Assembly: GCA_002269645.1 (NCBI GenBank)
Contig: NIVC01001493.1
Location: forward strand, 186,001-250,000
Source of the DNA: Macrostomum lignano
Taxonomy: Eukaryota
Direction of reading: 5' to 3'
Length of the DNA stretch: 64,000 nucleotides
Both the position numbers and the translations under genes were made by a program. Shown one piece after another: positions 35,579 to 48,560 of the stretch (its first letter is position 1; each line of letters begins with the position of its first letter). The notes under the pieces were generated by a model. That model worked only from the letters and a program-made list of their open reading frames with translations. It was not told the DNA's origin and did no database searches.

Positions 35579-35933
35579 ATGCCGCTGCAGAATGCAGCCT
35601 CCAGGCGGAAGGGCTGGTGCACTCGGCTGAACATTCGCGCCGACAACGCCAGATTCCTGCTGCTAGCTGTGCTGATGCTGGTGTACATGCTTGCTGGCGC
35701 TGCCGTCTTCATGGCCATCGAAGGCCCCAGAGAGCGGGTGGAGAAAGCCAAGTACTTCAAATTTGCTCAGGACTTTCGCGCTCGCTACGCCGCGGTGCTC
35801 AATCTCAGCGAACTGGACGACTACCTGAGCTTGCATGCTGACGCATTCACATCCGGCTACCTGACCGACAGGCGACCCCGGTGGGACTATTCAGGCTCTT
35901 TCTACTTTGTTGGCACTGTTGTCTCTACCATTG
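35579..35933 (+). CDS. KCNK13: THIK-type two-pore-domain K+ channel (KCNK12/13-like), exon 1 (join 35579..35933, 43537..44288, 44959..45219; 455 aa)
   Basis: DNARFLLLAVLMLVYMLAGAAVF...RPRWDYSGSFYFVGTVVSTIG; donor G|GTGAG. The start ATG at 35579 is inferred. Confidence 0.9.
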
Positions 35934-36119
35934 GTGAGGCCAAAACAGAGTACTTTTTAAATTTAAACTGGTGGCAGCTAGGTTCCCAGTCTAGTTCAAC
36001 AAAGCTGATGTAAAATCTCGCCATTAAATTACTTGGATCACCATTTAAAGTTTATTAAGACGGGCCAACATCGAATTCTGCCACCGGCATGAGGTAGAAC
36101 TCAGTTTTGTAGTAAAGAA

Positions 36120-36423
36120 CTGAGAGTGAGAGTGGGAGAGAGAGAGGGGGGAGAGTGAGAGAGTGTGTGTGGGAGAGAGGGGGAGAGAGAGGGAGAGTGA
36201 GTGAGAGAGTGTGTGTGAGAGAGAGTGTGTGTGGGAGAGAGGGGGAGAGAGAGGGAGAGTGAGTGTGTGCGTGTAAGAGAAAAGGGGGGAGTGCGAGTGA
36301 GAGAGAGTGAGAGTGTGAAAGAGAGAGTGACTGAGAGAGAGTGTGTGTGAGAGAGAGAGTGTGTGTGAGAGAGAGAGAGACTGAGAGAGGAGAGAGAGTG
36401 ACTGAGAGAGAGAGCGAGAGAGA

Positions 36424-36473
<50 letters not shown>

Positions 36474-36487
36474 CTGAGAGAGAGAGA

Positions 36488-36518
<31 letters not shown>

Positions 36519-36818
36519 TGACTGGGAGAGAGAGAGTGTGTGTGAGAGAGAGAGAGAGAGAGAGAGTGAGTGAGAGAGTGTGTGTGAGAGAGAGTGTGTG
36601 TGGGAGAGAGGGGGAGAGAGAGGGAGAGTGAGTGTGTGCGTGTAAGAGAAAAGGGGGGAGTGCGAGTGAGAGAGAGTGAGAGTGTGAAAGAGAGAGTGAC
36701 TGAGAGAGAGTGTGTGTGAGAGAGAGAGTGTGTGTGAGAGAGAGAGAGAGACTGAGAGAGGAGAGAGAGTGACTGAGAGAGAGAGCGAGAGAGAGAGAGA
36801 GAGTGACTGAGAGAGAGA

Positions 36819-36900
<82 letters not shown>

Positions 36901-36909
36901 CTGAGAGAG

Positions 36910-36969
<60 letters not shown>

Positions 36970-36984
36970 TGACTGAGAGAGAGA

Positions 36985-37020
<36 letters not shown>

Positions 37021-37123
37021 GAGAGAGAGTGACTGAGAGAGAGAGTGTGTGTCAGAGAGAGAGAGAGAGAGAGTGTGTGTGAGAGAGAGGGGGGAGTGAG
37101 AGAGAGGGGGAGTGAGAGTGAGA

Positions 37124-37174
<51 letters not shown>

Positions 37175-37208
37175 TGTGTGTGAGAGAGAGGGGGGAGTGA
37201 GAGTGAGA

Positions 37209-37256
<48 letters not shown>

Positions 37257-37323
37257 CTGAGAGAGAGAGTGTGTGTGAGACAGAGAGAGAGAGAGTGTGT
37301 GAGAGACAGAGAGAAAGAGAGTG

Positions 37324-37388
<65 letters not shown>

Positions 37389-37449
37389 CTGAGAGAGAGA
37401 GAGTGTGTGTGAGAGAGAGTGTGTGTGAGAGAGAGTGACTGAGAGAGAG

Positions 37450-37510
<61 letters not shown>

Positions 37511-37582
37511 CTGAGAGAGAGTGTGTGTGAGAGAGAGTGTGTGTGAGAGAGAGTGACTGAGAGAGAGAGAGAGAGAGTGACT

Positions 37583-37636
<54 letters not shown>

Positions 37637-37723
37637 CTGAGAGAGAGTGTGTGTGTGTGTGAGAGAGAGGGGGGAGTGAGAGTGAGAGTGTGTGTGAGAG
37701 AGAGAGAGTGACTGAGAGAGAGA

Positions 37724-37777
<54 letters not shown>

Positions 37778-37785
37778 CTGAGAGA

Positions 37786-37859
<74 letters not shown>

Positions 37860-37885
37860 CTGAGAGAGAGTGTGTGTGTGTGAGA

Positions 37886-37943
<58 letters not shown>

Positions 37944-38048
37944 CTGAGAGAGAGTGTGTGTGTGTGAGAGAGAGGGGGGAGTGAGAGTGAGAGTGTGTGA
38001 GAGAGAGAGAGTGACTGAGAGAGAGTGTGTGTGAGTGAGAGAGAGAGA
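36120..38048. repeat. Compound (GA)n/(GT)n microsatellite in K2P intron 1
   Basis: Direct reading. Confidence 0.97.
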
Positions 38049-38764
38049 AATGGAGAAGGCCGGGGTGTCATAAATCTGGTGCGGGAGAAAGCAAGCGCTG
38101 CTGATTTCTGTTGGGAAGCCGGCAGGGGATCCAGCAGCAGAATTTACTGTGCCACATACGCAGTTATGATTTCGCGGCACAACCAGAGATTTGCTGCTTA
38201 GCCCCCACCCAGCTGCATTCTATCCACTAGCAAGCATTCTGACCCGGCAGAAGCACAGGCGCCCAAAGCAGCACAGAGAGGCGTATCAGGTTCGTTGCCA
38301 GGAATTCTCCTTGCACCACTGCGACTCTTCTATCGCAGATTTTTCCGCCAAAGTGATTAAGCGTGTTTCGCCTCGACCTCGCCATTGCCTCCCGCTACCC
38401 TCAATCTTTTCTTCTCCTGGTTGGAAAATATTATTAAAAGTCGCTGCCCTGTGAGTTTGGCGATTCTTGAACCTTTTCGGCTAGTTGGATTATATCTGTG
38501 TGTGTGGTCTGTCATTTATAAATGTTCGACTTTATGCCTCTCTGTGTAATCACTCCGTTCGTCAATCAAAACTGGTTTTGCGGAACTGGTGCGTACTGAT
38601 CTGTACCAGCAGCTGCGAATGCCGCTTTCAGATCAGATCGCCAAGGGCCAGATAGGTAACCTAAGTGCATTGGTACGGGCCAGAGGAGGGGACAGAAAGG
38701 AGAGAGAAGAGGGGAAAGATCAGAGTAAGAGGTGAGGAGAGGGAATAAAGTCAAAGAGAGGAGA

Positions 38765-38860
38765 CAAGGGGAGAGGAGAGGAAAGGAAAGGAGAGGAGAG
38801 GAGAGGAGAGGAGAGGAGAGGAGAGGAGAGGAGAGGAGAGGAGAGGAGAGGAGAGGAGTG
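38765..38860. repeat. (GAGAG)n microsatellite
   Basis: Direct reading. Confidence 0.9.
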
Positions 38861-40942
38861 AGGAAAAAAGGAGTGGAGTGGAGAGGAAAGGCGAGAAAAG
38901 AGAAGAGAGAGGAGATTCGAGAGAAGGGAGCTGAGAAGAGACAGAAAGCTTGAGCCCTTCCGGACCTTGAGCCACCTGGTATCAATGCTTTACTGCAGAC
39001 AGCAACTTATTTTGTATGCTAGGATCTTAGCAAAACTATCAGCGTCCATCCCAAAGTCTAGACCCACAGTTACTAAGTCGCATACGAGTTGCTGTGTAAG
39101 GAATTCCCAGGAGAAATCGATCCAGCAGCGAACTGAGATGTGTGAACCGATTCACTGGGATCGTGAGGATTCTATTAATTGTTAGCTTTGCCTCGATCGG
39201 AAATGCCAATTCCAAGAATTGCACATCTCCGGAAAATTGGCGCCATCCATCCTAACGAATTGAGTTTTAGTTCCATGGCGACGTCTCTGATGGTAGTCTG
39301 AGATTGTAGAATGCTCGCTTCCCGAAGAAAAAATTCCCCAGCATCGAGTCAAGTGGCCCAGAAACTGGAAACTGAGAGCGCACCCGGGGGTTCTGTTTTC
39401 CGTATCTGAATTATTCACAGCTTCTTCAGGTGAAGAAGTGGGTTAAGCTGAAGTCAGTCAGTAGGTCAGTGCACTGGTACACTCATACTTTTCACTCACC
39501 GCTCTTCTTGTTCACCTGCTGCTGGGAAACATGCTGGTGAACCTTTGCCGAGGGTTCGTGGAAGAAAGAGAACAAGGGACACCTGCAGTTTTTCTCAAGC
39601 CTCTTTCGACTTTGGGAAAAAAAACAGTTTAAAAATCCTAATTTTTTCCCTATAGCTACTCTCGAACTTGCATTTCGCTTCGTAGGTATGACCGAAAGCG
39701 TTTTTATTTACAAAATATCCAAAAAAATTGTCAATTAGATATCGGAAAGCTAAAAATAGCGAAATCTTTGTAAAGAAAACAAAAACCTTTCCGGTCCAGG
39801 GCTTTAGAGAAGCGACTCGATCTGTATTCCCAACAGGCAGAAACGAAATCAAGTGATTTATTTTCATCAACTCTCCTATAAGCATACAGACACACTGAGA
39901 GAGAGACGGGGAACTGTCAACACACACCCAGAGCATCGTCACGAGGCTATTGCGTGCGTCTGTCAGTCTGCCAGTCAGGAATTCAATATCTGTTTATTTG
40001 ATGCATTACACACAGACAGTTCTACCAGCTAATAATGTCAGCGGCTTATTGCCGGCAGTGTCAGGCTCGTGTCTCCAGCTTTGATAAGACAAATAAATGT
40101 GTAGGTCGACAAGGGACGTGAGACTGGATACTTGGATGGATAAATTAAAATGGCTTAGAGTCTGTACTGTATCGTAAAGGATTCAGCAACCGACTTAGAA
40201 GTGAAATGGACTGCTCCAATTCCACAAACCACTTGTAGCCTAAATGTGCTTGGACCAGCTTATAGTCTTCGTTATCTTAATCTTCGTTAACTGTCGATCT
40301 TACCTCTTGATTAGGTTCGCCATGCAGAAATTAAAGTGACCCGAACTAAGGTTTTAAAGGGCCTCAGGAAAAAAAATGGAGTGAAGTCACGCAGCTCCAC
40401 TTTTGAGCAGGTTTTAACCAATTCAAGGAGCACGAAGTCGGGCTCACTTTTTGTTGCGCACCTTCTCAAACAAGAATCCAGTCTCCAACCCTCCCCATAA
40501 GCGCCATCTATGCGCCAATCAGCACTACGCCTCTGTGCTGCCTTTGCCAAGCCTAGAAGACATTGACTTGTTGATTCTTAACAGATCTTGTCTATCTTCT
40601 TGGGTTGCTGCGCAAGTACTTTCAAGAACGTGCAAGATCTTCGTTATGATAATACTTAGGTAAACTTACCAGATCTGGGCCACTTGCTACATCGTACAAG
40701 ATCTTAACTTTTAAAATCTTTTTATAACTTCGAATCGCATATTTTATTAAATTTATTGTCCCATTTTGCCATAAAATAAAAAAATAATAAAGCTAGAACA
40801 CTTAAGCCAAATGAATGACAAAACAAATTTACCTCCCTTCTTAGAAGTCCTGCAAGAACCGAGCAGATTGAGAAGATCTGCCAAGAATGGCACAGAGACA
40901 AGATCTGCTAAGTTTGAGAAACAGAATATCCTCTAGGGAAGT

Positions 40943-41208
40943 CTCCAAATTTCATCAGCAAGTGGACCACGTGTGCCTGCATCAGCTCCGACTTCGTTGG
41001 TTACTGGCCTTCACCCAGGCGGAGCTTCTGGACCTTCATTCAACAGATGGCACCAGGTGACTGGTGTGGATACCAGCTGTTGCAAATTTGATCTCTGGTC
41101 AAGCCTCGACAGTGGACAAGCCTCAACTGCTAGACATCCCTAGCTAGTCTCTCAAGCATTCGATCGTCATGCAAACGGATTCGCCTCCTTCAACGATTGA
41201 CACCAGGC
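40943..41208. repeat. Dispersed ~250-bp repeat, copy 2
   Basis: Diverged direct copy of 33380-33628. Confidence 0.8.
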
Positions 41209-41714
41209 AACTATTTATAGAAACCGGAAGCTATAGTCTATGGCCAAGCCTGCAAATTTAAAGCGTCCTCTTGTTCGCACTACGGCTCTCTTCGGTCGCA
41301 ATGTTGACACAATGTTGAGCAATCTAGGTGTCTTAAGACCGAACAAACCATGCACTCAGAGGCCATTTTCTCTGCCACCAAAATTGTCCCGAAACCACCT
41401 CATTTGGCTAAAGAAGGGTGGCGCGCCAAAACTCGATTTGTTTTCCTATGTGAGCGTTCGCTTATCCATCTTATTTTGCCGGATCAATTGTGAACTGAGA
41501 GTTGGCTAGAGCTGGTGCAGCCGCAGTCTTAGTGGAGTCTGATTGCCTTGTTGTGAAATTAGGAGTGGCAGGCGTGGCCAACAAGGATGCTGCAGTGATC
41601 GTGCCGTGCAGAGAAATTATCGAGCAGCTCGCCAAGTAATGTTATAGTAAGCAGATCGATGAGTTGAAAAGCTGAACAGTTGTGTCGGCTTTTTGTGCGG
41701 CGTGCTCATCGAGC

Positions 41715-42720
41715 TGAGAGAGGGAGTGTGCGGGGAGGGTGAGAGAGGGAGTGTGCGGGGAGGGTGAGAGAGGGAGTGTGCGGGGAGGGTGAGAGAGGGA
41801 GTGTGCGGGGAGGGTGAGAGAGGGAGTGTGCGGGAGGGTGAGAGAGGGAGTGTGCGGGGAGGGTGAGAGAGGGAGTGTGCGGGGAGGGTGAGAGAGGAGT
41901 GTGCGGGGAGGGTGAGAGAGGGAGTGTGCGGGGAGGGTGAGAGAGGGAGTGTGCGGGGAGGGTGAGAGAGGGAGTGTGCGGGGAGGGTGAGAGAGGGAGT
42001 GTGCGGGGAGGGTGAGAGAGGGAGTGTGCGGGGAGGGTGAGAGAGGGAGTGTGCGGGAGGGTGAGAGAGGGAGTGTGCGGGGAGGGTGAGAGAGGGAGTG
42101 TGCGGGAGGGTGAGAGAGGGAGTGTGCGGGGAGGGTGAGAGAGGGAGTGTGCGGGAGGGTGAGAGAGGGAGTGTGCGGGGAGGGTGAGAGAGGGAGTGTG
42201 CGGGGAGGGTGAGAGAGGGAGTGTGCGGGGAGGGTGAGAGAGGGAGTGTGCGGGGAGGGTGAGAGAGGGAGGGAGAGGGAAAGTGGGAGGGGAGAGTAAG
42301 AGAGGGAGTGTGGTAGAGGTAGAGGGAGCGAAGGAAATTAAAAGTGAGTGAGGGGGAGAGTGGGAGATGGAGGTTGAGATTGAGAGTGAGAGAGGGAGAA
42401 AGAGAGAGAGGGAGAGAGAGAGTGAAAGAGGGAGAGTGAGAGAGGGAGAGTGAGATAGGGAGAGGGAGAGGGAGAGGGAGAGAGGGCGAGGTAGAGTGAG
42501 AGAGGGAGTAGAGTGAGATAGAGTGAGATAGATAGGGAGAGTAGAGTAGAGTGAGATAGGGAGAGGAAGAGGGAGAGGGAGAGAGGGAGAGGGAGAGTGA
42601 AAGGAAGAGGGATCAGAGTAAGAGAGGGAGAGGGAGAAACGAAGGTTGAGATTGAGAGGGGAAAGTGAGATTGAGAGGGAGAGTGGGAAAGGGAGAGGGC
42701 AAGGGTGAGAAATTGAAAGA
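41715..42720. repeat. ~24-25-bp G-rich minisatellite (GAGAGAGGGAGTGTGCGGGGAGGGT) grading into GA low complexity
   Basis: Direct reading. Confidence 0.93.
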
Positions 42721-43224
42721 AGGATACACATCATTAAGGGAATAAATGCTGAGATCTGCAGCTCTGTTAAGACCATGACCAGATCGAGTTAGGCAAAAGA
42801 TCGCAGCCAATGAGACAGGAAAAGACAAATTTACTTTCCAAGAACGGATCGATTCCTCCAGTCGCGTGCCGCGCACAACGCAACGCTCAAAAATCTCAGT
42901 GAAAGTGCAATTCAATTAGATGGCTGCGTCATAATTGCATTAGCAAGTCAAATTCACCAGATTGATGGCTGTTTCGCTTTTTGGGAGCTGCCGTCTCCTG
43001 GAGGGCAGACGATATCTCGTAAGATGCCTAATTTGAAAGAAACTTCTTCGCAAAGAAAAAAAAACTTGAGAGTAAACAGCGAAAGTTCGTTTAGATGATT
43101 TCATGAAAACGTTTGTTCAATTCAAGATGAAGAATACCAGATTCAGAATCCTTTCAGGCTATCAGGGAAATGAAAGGTTAAATGAATTGCATAGCACAAT
43201 GGCTTGAAAATAAAATATTGTAAC

Positions 43225-43530
43225 TCCAGTCAGACACCCACACTCCAGTCAGACACCCACACTCCAGTCAGACACCCACCCACTCCAGTCAGACAGCAAC
43301 CCCACTCCAGTCAGACACCAACCTCACTCCAGTCAGACACCAACCCCACTCCAATCAGACACCAACCTTACTCCAGTCAGACACCAACCCCACTCCACTC
43401 AGACACCAACCCCACTCCAATCAGACACCAACCCCACTCCACTCAGACACCAACCTCACACCAGTCAGACAGCAACCCCACTCCACTCAGACACCAACCC
43501 CACTCCACTCAGACACCAACCCCACTCCAT
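43225..43530. repeat. 22-bp minisatellite (CTCCAGTCAGACACCAACCCCA) abutting the K2P exon 2 acceptor
   Basis: Direct reading. Confidence 0.93.
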
Positions 43531-43536
43531 CCCCAG

Positions 43537-44288
43537 GGTTCGGCATGACCACGCCACGCACCATCGCCGGAAAGGCCCTGGTGATCTGGTACGGCTTCCT
43601 TGGCTGCTCAGGAGCCATCCTGTTCTTCAACCTGTTCCTGGAGAGGATCATCACCTTCTGGGCGCTGATCCTCCGCCAGCTGCACCAGCTGTCCAGCCGG
43701 CTCAAGGCGGCTCGCAAGCGTCGGCGAGCACGGCAGTCAGGTGAGCTGCAGTACGAAACGGCCACCGTGACAGCGGCGGCTACCGCCCAGTCGTCAGCAG
43801 CCTCACCGTCGGGACCGTCAACAGACAAGACCGTCGGAGAAGGCTCAGCCGACTCGCTAGACAGCTGGAAGCCTTCAGTGTACAAGGTGCAATTCCTGCT
43901 GCTGTGCACCGCCTGTGGCATCGCATGTACAGCCTCGGCCGTGTACCAACCCGTTGAGTCGTGGACCTACTTCGACTCGGTGTACTTCTGCTTTGTCGCC
44001 TTCTCGACCATTGGATTCGGCGATCTGGTGGTCAGCCAGCGGTCGGATTACGCATTTAGCACGCTGTACCGTGTGGGCAACTTCTGCTTTCTGATGCTGG
44101 GCTGCTGCTGCATCTATTCCTTCTTCAACGTGACCTCCCTGGTGCTGAGAACCATGCTGGACAGGATGATCCGGAGGCTGGACTGTCGGTGCACCAACTG
44201 CCTGCGGCCCAAGGCCAAGATGAGGACGCTGCCGCCGCCGCCAAGGTTCAGGAGGAATGCCATCACGGAGAGAGACGTGGAGGAGCAA
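43537..44288 (+). CDS. KCNK13: THIK-type K2P channel, exon 2
   Basis: The split codon completes the TIGFG filter, then MTTPRT..GK..IWYGFLGCSGAILFFNLFLERIIT and WTYFDSVYFCFVAFSTIGFGDLV. Donor CAA|GTGAG. Confidence 0.93.
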
Positions 44289-44294
44289 GTGAGC

Positions 44295-44950
44295 CCCAAT
44301 AACCACTCTATCATCGCCCCAAAATCCACTCTATCATCGCCCCAATACCCACTCTATCATCGCCCCAATACCCACTCTATCATCGCCCCAATACCAACTC
44401 TATCATTCCAATCACTCCAATACCCAATCAAGAATCGCCCCAACACCCAGTCAAGAATCACTCCAATACCCAGTCAAGAATCACTCCAATACCCAGTCAA
44501 AAATCAGTTCAATACCCAGTCAAGAATCAGTTCAATACCCAGTCAAGAATCAGTTCAATACCCAGTCATGAATCACTCCAATACCCAGTCAAGAATCGCC
44601 TCAATACAGTCAAGAATCGCCCCAACACCCAGTCAAGAATCACTCCAATACCCAGTCAAGAATCACCCCAACACCCAGTCAAGAATCACTCCAATACCCA
44701 GTCAAGAATCACCCCAACACCCAGTCAAGAATCGCCCCAATACCCACTCTATCGCCCCAATACCCAGTCAAGAATCGCCTCAATACCCAGTCAAGAATCG
44801 CCCCAACACCCAGTCAAGAATCGCCCCAACACCCAGTCAAGAGTCGCCCCAACACCCAGTCAAGAATCGCCCCAACACCCAGTCAAGAATCGCCCCAATA
44901 CCCAGTCAAGAATCGCCCCAATACCCAGTCAAGAATCGCCCCGATACCCA
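44295..44950. repeat. 23-bp minisatellite filling K2P intron 2 (CCCAATACCCACTCTATCATCGC grading to CCCAGTCAAGAATCGCCCCAATA)
   Basis: Direct reading. Confidence 0.93.
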
Positions 44951-44958
44951 TCGCGCAG

Positions 44959-45219
44959 GCCAAAGACGCGGTTCACGAGGCCCGGAGGCTCAAGCGCCAG
45001 TCGTTCGACTCGAATTACGACTCGGACCGGTCGGACTTATCCGACGAGCTCATCTGCATGCAGGACTTCCTGCGACCCAACAAGGTGCACCTCATCCAGC
45101 TGCAGAAACAGCTGTTCGAGACCGCCCAGCGGGCGCGAGAACCCGACGACGGTTTCAAAGGCGGCGTTGGTCCGCTGGCTGTGGTCAGTCAGAAGTTCGA
45201 CGCTGAACCGGCGTACTGA
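44959..45219 (+). CDS. KCNK13: THIK-type K2P channel, terminal exon
   Basis: CGCAG|GCC gives ...LICMQDFLRPNKVHLIQLQKQLFE...GFKGGVGPLAVVSQKF..., matching the THIK C-terminus (ISMKDLL..NKASLAILQKQL...FSGGVGAFAI). Confidence 0.85.
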   Translation, partial: AKDAVHEARRLKRQSFDSNYDSDRSDLSDELICMQDFLRPNKVHLIQLQKQLFETAQRAREPDDGFKGGVGPLAVVSQKFDAEPAY

Positions 45220-45339
45220 CTGTTTGTGAATGACCAATTCGTGTACTTTTAAATTATCGACATACATGTATTAAACATTAATCTTATGCGTCATTAAGTG
45301 GCCATGGCGATAGTAGTATACACTGTATGTCCATGTAGG

Positions 45340-45560
45340 TTAACAGGTTGGCGCCGTTCTTCCTGTGTGTAACAGGTTGGCGCCACTCTCCCTGTGTGTG
45401 ACAGGTTGGCGCCACTCTTAGTGTGTAACAGGTTGGCGCCATTCTTCCTGTGTATAACAGGTTGGCGCCACTCTCCCTGTGTGTAACAGGTTGGCGCCAC
45501 TCTTCCTGTGTGTATAACAGGTTGGCGCCATTCTCCCTGTGTGTAACAGGTTGGCGCCGT
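45340..45560. repeat. ~30-bp tandem repeat (ACAGGTTGGCGCCACTCTCCCTGTGTGTA)
   Basis: Direct reading. Confidence 0.88.
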
Positions 45561-46299
45561 TCCGTAAGTTGATGATTTTGCGCTTCAGAAATTGTTGTTC
45601 GAAGTTACTTTTGTCTGACCTTTGCTAGTTACAATTTCATGGTTTGTATTCGCTAACTTATCAAAATGATTACATAAGTGGTCAAAGCTGTACACTTTCA
45701 AAGAATGCATACAATAATTATTAGTGCAATATGTATTGACAAAGTAAAACAGTATACAATGTCATAAATATGAAAATCTTTCTTTCCGTGCGAGTTTCTC
45801 AGACACTTGCTTTCTAATTGCTTAGAGTTTTCCAATGCGTTTAAAATTATCCGCCAGCAATGCTACTAAATTTTCATTATTAAGTAGACAAGTAGCGCAT
45901 TTTACGGTCGAAAAATGAAATACTCGTAAAACATCAAAATATGTAGACTAAAATATTGAAACGTGCACTCATCAACAAGAACCACAGTTGGGACAATGCG
46001 AGAAGCAATTAATATAATTTACCTCATCAAATAAACAAAAGCAATCAGATGGGGGCTGACAGTATTTCACTGCAGAGCAAAGCTTTCACAATGAAATCAG
46101 AACAAGCAGTATAAGGTAGAGAATGGCATCAAGGACTGCAAAATTTTACAGACTTGCTTGCTTCAATACAGTATCATGATCTCCAGACTTTGCTTCAAGG
46201 GGTCATCAAGAAATTGCAACGCTAATATAAAGTGGCCTGCGTACAGGATTACAGAATAAAGCTGTCCCTAAATATTGCGTCATTTAACTGAACTTTATC

Positions 46300-46945
46300 A
46301 TCGCGCCAATACCCACTCTACAAGCGTATCATTACCCCAATACCCAGTCTATCATCGCCCCAATACCCACTCTATCATTACCCCAATACCCACTCTATCA
46401 TCGCCCCAATACCCACTCTATCATCGCCCCAATACCCACTCTATCATCGCCCCAATACCCACTCTATCATCGCCCCAATACGCACTCTATCATCGCCCCA
46501 ATACCCACTCTATCATCGCCCCAATACCCACTCTATCATTACCCCAATACCCACTCTATCATCGCCCTAATATCCACTCTATCATCGCCCCAATACCCTC
46601 TCTATCATTACCCCAATACCCACTCTATCATCGCCCTAATACCCACTCTATCATCGCCCTAATACCCACTCTATCATCGCCCTAATATTCACTCTATCAT
46701 CGCCCTAATACCCACTCTATCATCGCCCTAATACCCACTCTATCATCGCCCCAATACCCACATTATCATCGCCCTAATATCCACTCTATCATCGCCCCAA
46801 TACCCACATTATCATCGCCATATACCCACTCTAGCATCGCTCCAATACCCATTCAAGCATCGCCCCAATACCCAGTCCAGAGTCGCCCCAATACCCACTC
46901 TATCATCGCCTCAATACCCACTATCATTACCCCAATACCCACTCT
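46300..46945. repeat. 23-bp minisatellite (CTATCATCGCCCCAATACCCACT), same unit as the start of K2P intron 2
   Basis: Direct reading. Confidence 0.93.
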
Positions 46946-47209
46946 AAAGTGGCTCAATAGCCACTAAAAAAGCTGAGATACCAGCTGAAATATTTTCAAG
47001 CAAATAATTTCCTAACGTCCCAGCCATGTTACTTACAGTAGCAATGTAGCATTATAGATATAACATGTCTTCAAAAAAATTTAACTTCTATTCTAAATTT
47101 ATACATCAAAAGACACACAGAACAAAATCAGAAACGAACAGAAGAGGCCAGAGTATTATTCATAGGTAAAGTGTGAATCAATCAGCTCTCAGGTCTCGGG
47201 ATTCTGAAT

Positions 47210-47919
47210 GGGAGCACGAGAAATGCCCGCAGACGAATTGCCCGCCGAGATCTGCCCGCAGGAGATTTGCCCGTGGAGATTTGCCCGCCGAGCTTTTCCC
47301 GCGGAGATTTGCCCGCAGTGCATTTTGCCCGTGAGCGAATTGCCCGTGGAGATTTGCCCGCCGAGAATTGCCCGCCGAGATTTGCCCGCAGTGCAATTTT
47401 CCCGCGAGTGAATTGCCCGCGAGCGAATTGCCCGCCGAGTTTTTTCCCGCCGAGGTTTGCCCGCAATCCTTTTTTTGCAGCGCATTTGGCAGCTAGATTC
47501 TGTCCATACATTGCTCCCCCCAAAATATGCATTTGATATGCAGTTACTATCAAATCGTTTTGATCGTGTAAATCTCTTTATTAAGATTAACACGTACTAA
47601 GCATTGGGAAGGCAATGCAGACAAAATCTGCCGCGTGGCCAAATGCGCTGCAGGAAAAAGGATTGCGGGCAAATCTCGGCGGGAAAAAACTCGGCGGGCA
47701 ATTCGCTCGCGGGCAATTCACTCGCGGGAAAATTGCACTGCGGGCAAATCTCGGCGGGCAATTCTCGGCGGGCAAATCTCCACGGGCAATTCGCTCACGG
47801 GCAAAATGCACTGCGGGCAAATCTCCGCGGGAAAAGCTCGGCGGGCAAATCTCCACGGGCAAATCTCCCGCGGGCAAATCCCGGCGGGCAATTCGTCCGC
47901 GGGCAATTCTCATGGACCC
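47210..47919. mobile_element. Foldback/Mutator-type non-autonomous element with ~280-bp inverted arms built of ~15-bp subrepeats
   Basis: 47210-47490 is the reverse complement of 47638-47919. A 9-bp direct repeat ATTCTGAAT lies at 47201-47209 and 47920-47928; both ends begin GGG. Confidence 0.88.
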
Positions 47920-48189
47920 ATTCTGAATCCAACAGAAAATTACAAACTTGGTGAGCGACGCTTTTTGAGGGGACAAAAAGACACAAAAAATGACAGAATG
48001 AAGTTGAAGAAGCAACAAGTAAATAACTAGTATCAGAGTTTCACGAACCCGTAACCTACAGAAACTGTTTAGACAAACGCGTTGTGTGCTCCGGTTTATT
48101 ATATTGTTACTAAACTGAAACACAAGTTATCACTGGATGTGTAAAGGGCACGATGGATTAGGAATGACAGAAACATCAACAGATTAGAG

Positions 48190-48447
48190 CGTTTCGAGAC
48201 AGACAGACGGACACAGAAGAGGCAGACAGACACCAAGGCAGGCAAAGAGACACAGACATCTAGACAGATACAGACAGACAGATGGACAGACAGACAGGCA
48301 CTAAGACAGACAGACAGACGGACGGACAGAAAGACAGACAGACACCAAGGCAGGCAAACAGACAGATGGACAGGCGGACAGACAGACAGACGACAGAAAG
48401 ACATACAGACACAGAGGAGGCAGACAGACACTAAGGCAGGCAGACAG

Positions 48448-48481
<34 letters not shown>

Positions 48482-48560
48482 AGACAGACAGACAGGCAGA
48501 CGGACAGACAGACAGGCAGACGGACAGACAGACAGGCAGACGGACAGACGGACACACTCA
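48190..48560. repeat. (ACAG)n-type microsatellite 3' of GOSR1
   Basis: Direct reading. Confidence 0.92.

Noticed and set aside
36045-42776. 711-aa (SL)n and 356-aa ORFs on the - strand
   Set aside because: GA/GT microsatellite and G-rich minisatellite inside K2P intron 1.
44289-45206. 553-aa read-through ORF giving the K2P channel a repetitive tail
   Set aside because: 44289-44958 has GT..AG ends and is a minisatellite; splicing restores the conserved THIK C-terminus in another frame.
47178-48123. Arg/Gly-rich ORFs on both strands
   Set aside because: They come from the subrepeats of the foldback element.
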